Shown here piece by piece: positions 61,117 to 64,000 of a DNA stretch of 64,000 bases. Within the stretch, counting starts at the first letter, position 1. Every line of letters begins with the position of its first letter. Source of the DNA: Octopus vulgaris (lineage: Eukaryota); contig OX597821.1 of NCBI GenBank assembly GCA_951406725.2, positions 13,950,001 to 14,014,000 of the forward strand, read 5' to 3'. The notes under the pieces are model-generated. The model saw only the letters and a program-made list of their open reading frames with translations. It was not told the DNA's origin and searched no databases. The position numbers were made by a program, and so were the translations under genes.

Positions 61117-64000
61117 ACTTACAGAAAATTGAAAATGAAGGTCACAGCATACACGACAGTAATTCTTGTCTATAACTATCCTGAGATGCCAAGACAAGGA
61201 GATTACTGTAACCACACACACACACACATCAATAGTGCCCCAGCATGGTCGCAATCAGATGACTGAAACAAGTAAAAGACAAATGATATATGACCAGCTT
61301 TTGGTAAGTTATAGTAGAAGACACATTGGCAAGGTGCAACACTGGAACTGAACCTGCAACAAGCATTTTGATATGGCTGCACTGTCCTTACATGTGGAAG
61401 GTTGTTTTTGGAGTGTTTATGTAACATTTAGCAAGAGACTATGAAATTACCTCCCTTTAATAGTTAGCGATTTCTTTCCCATAGTTCTAGAGCCGTAGTT
61501 ATAGTTTTACAACTGTATTGCTTCCGTACAACCAGCAATCAGCATTACCTTCTTTGAGGTCGCTTGACATACTAGAAATAATAACAATCACCCCACCCTC
61601 CTAAAAATAATATAAAAGAACTTTGATGTTGGCTATTGTCTTCTAAGAAGATGGCATTCTCTTTACTCTTTTACTTGTTTCAGTCATTTGACTGCGGCCA
61701 TGCTGCAGCACCGCCTTTAGTCGAGCAAATCGACCCCGGGACTTATTCTTTTGTAAGCCCAGTACTTATTCTATCGGTCTCTTTTGCCGAACCGCTAAGT
61801 AATGGGGACATAAACACACCAGCATCGGTTGTCAAGCAATGCTAGGGGGAGAAAGACAGACACACACATACATATATATGACAGGCTTCTTTCAGTTTCC
61901 GTCTACCAAATCCACTCACAAGGCATTGGTCGGCCCGGGGCTATAGCAGAAGACACTTGCGCAAGATGCCACACAGTGGAACTGAGCCCGGAACCATGAG
62001 GTTGGTTAGCAAGCTACTTACCACACAGCCACTCCTGCGCATGATCACTTTTAAACACAAACTTTACGAAATACAACTTTGAATTATCCCAAATTAGTCT
62101 CTATGTGTTAAGTTTGTCAATTGTGTGTTGGATGACAGTCAATTTTTTTATTGTTTGACTGACCCCAAGTCATGAGCATCTCATCCCATCCTTATTTCTA
62201 CAATATTGGTTTGACCCTCTAAGTTTAATTCGTTTTAAGCTAGGAAGAATTGGCTTCATTTTCTTGCATGTTCTGTAACCACAGTGGTTTTCTCATTGGC
62301 TTCGTAGCAACTGATTGGTCATGATGGTAACGAACATATAGGTACAGGTACTCTTCGCAACCACATGGTTTCAAGTTTTTCAGGTTCAGTCCCACTTTGA
62401 GCAAGTATCAGTTATTGCCTTGAGCCTTGTAAATGAATCTAGTAGTTGGAAAGTGTATGGAAGTTCACCACATACATACCTATTTTTTTATTACCCACAA
62501 GGGGCTAAATACAGAGGGGACAAACAAGGACAGACATAGGTATTAAGTCGATTACATCGACTCCAGTGCGTAACTGGTACTTAATTTATCGACCCCGAAA
62601 GGATGAAAGGCAAAGTCGACCTCGGATACCACATACATACCTGTTTATGTTTGTCCACCACCACTGCTTGACAACCAGTGTTAGTTTGTTTATGTCCCTA
62701 ACCCGTAACGGTTTAGCAAAAGCAACCAACAGAATAAGCACCAAATTTTAAAACAATAGGTATCGGAGTTGATTTGTTTGACTAAGCCCTTCAAGACGTG
62801 TCTCAGCGTGTATAACAGTTCAACACCTGAAACAAGTAAATGATTAAGATATTACTCAAGCTACAACTCCGTGGGTGGAAAATTGATGCACAAAGATTAA
62901 TGGAATTGTAACGGTGCTTGTTATGGTATCTGTAAAGAAATATTTATTTACCGTTACTTAATATAATACCATACCTCGTTTATTGTAGTAGTAAACCAAA
63001 GATAGTGATAGCATGCTGTTGTAAGAAAAAAGAAATTGAGTTTGTGAAAGTTATCGAGTCAAGGGAAGTTGTGTTTCATAGTTGGTTGATTGTAACTTTC
63101 TTTTACCATCTGCCCATTTGTCTTTAGCGGCTACCTGCTTGTGGCCATGACTTTAGTTCGTCTTGCCTTACCAATCCTAGTATTTATAACTATGCAAAAC
63201 CAGTCGGAAGGATATTGTTGAGAACAATGGAATTCGTTGGGGGTCTGTTATCTCTATTCTAGCTTTTGGTGAAATAGAAGAGGTTAGAAGGGTCAAGTGG
63301 CAAAGATATTATTCTGCTTAGCGAAGGCATCTGGTAAATGTAACTGCTACCACTCACAGAAAAACTATTGTTTTACCGTGAGAAAAATGCTGTTGAACTG
63401 TTAAGTGAAATTTGGCGATCGAGGATCGAATCCACGTCATACTGGCATAAAGCCACTATAGAATGATTAGACATTATCCTCAACTTGGAATATTTTGTAT
63501 GGTGTCTTTCTGGCAGTGATTACCAACGTTTCCGCAACCTCATCACTCCATCCTCTGTGTTTAACACTTGAGCATTCTTATTACTCTGCCAAACGTAATG
63601 CTTATTTATTCATGTTGCTTTAAATTTAAAATGAGATTTTGATGATGTGACTGTTCATTTTTAGAATGACATAGTACAGAAGGTGTGAAAGTCCAAATCT
63701 GACCAGTTTGAACATAAAAAAGGTTGAAAATTTGGGATGCATATGGCTAGTTTAAATGCTAAATGGTTAAGACAGTAGGTTTCCTAGTTTTACTCCAACA
63801 GAAAAAAATTTAAACTCAGTCACAAAATCTGCAATCTTAAGTATTTAGCATGAGACTATGAAATTATCTCCCTTTAATAGATAGCAATTTCTTTCCTCAT
63901 TCCACATTCTTAACAATTTTGAAATAAGGATTTGACACGTTTTTCCTCAGTTACGTTATTTAACTCTTCTTGAAAGCAAAAGTTATTTTGTTAAATTCAT

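Overview
Repeat-rich, AT-rich animal genomic DNA. The SINE, MITE and RTE content points to a coleoid cephalopod, probably Octopus (inference). Two intron-containing genes lie head-to-head about 600 bp apart. ARPC5 (Arp2/3 subunit p16) is on the minus strand, with 4 coding exons (48018-19832), 148 aa, and a ~19.7 kb first intron carrying U12-type signals. RPL35 is on the plus strand, with 4 coding exons (48620-57427), 123 aa, and a TCT/5'TOP start. The rest is mobile and repetitive DNA: about 20 young tRNA-derived SINE copies, other SINE families, RTE LINE fragments, TTAA/hAT/TA MITEs, three Helitron-type elements, a solo LTR and microsatellites. Almost all ORFs in the supplied track are repeat artefacts. 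The most notable observations are hammerhead-ribozyme-like folds in (TA)n-flanked inserts (2.0-2.3 kb), tandem compact H-type pseudoknots in an RTE 3' end, an RPL35/ARPC5 divergent pair matching the human RPL35/ARPC5L arrangement, the giant U12 intron, and a 1.2 kb intronic palindrome carrying the same SINE insertion in both arms. All structures were folded by eye and no searches were run.
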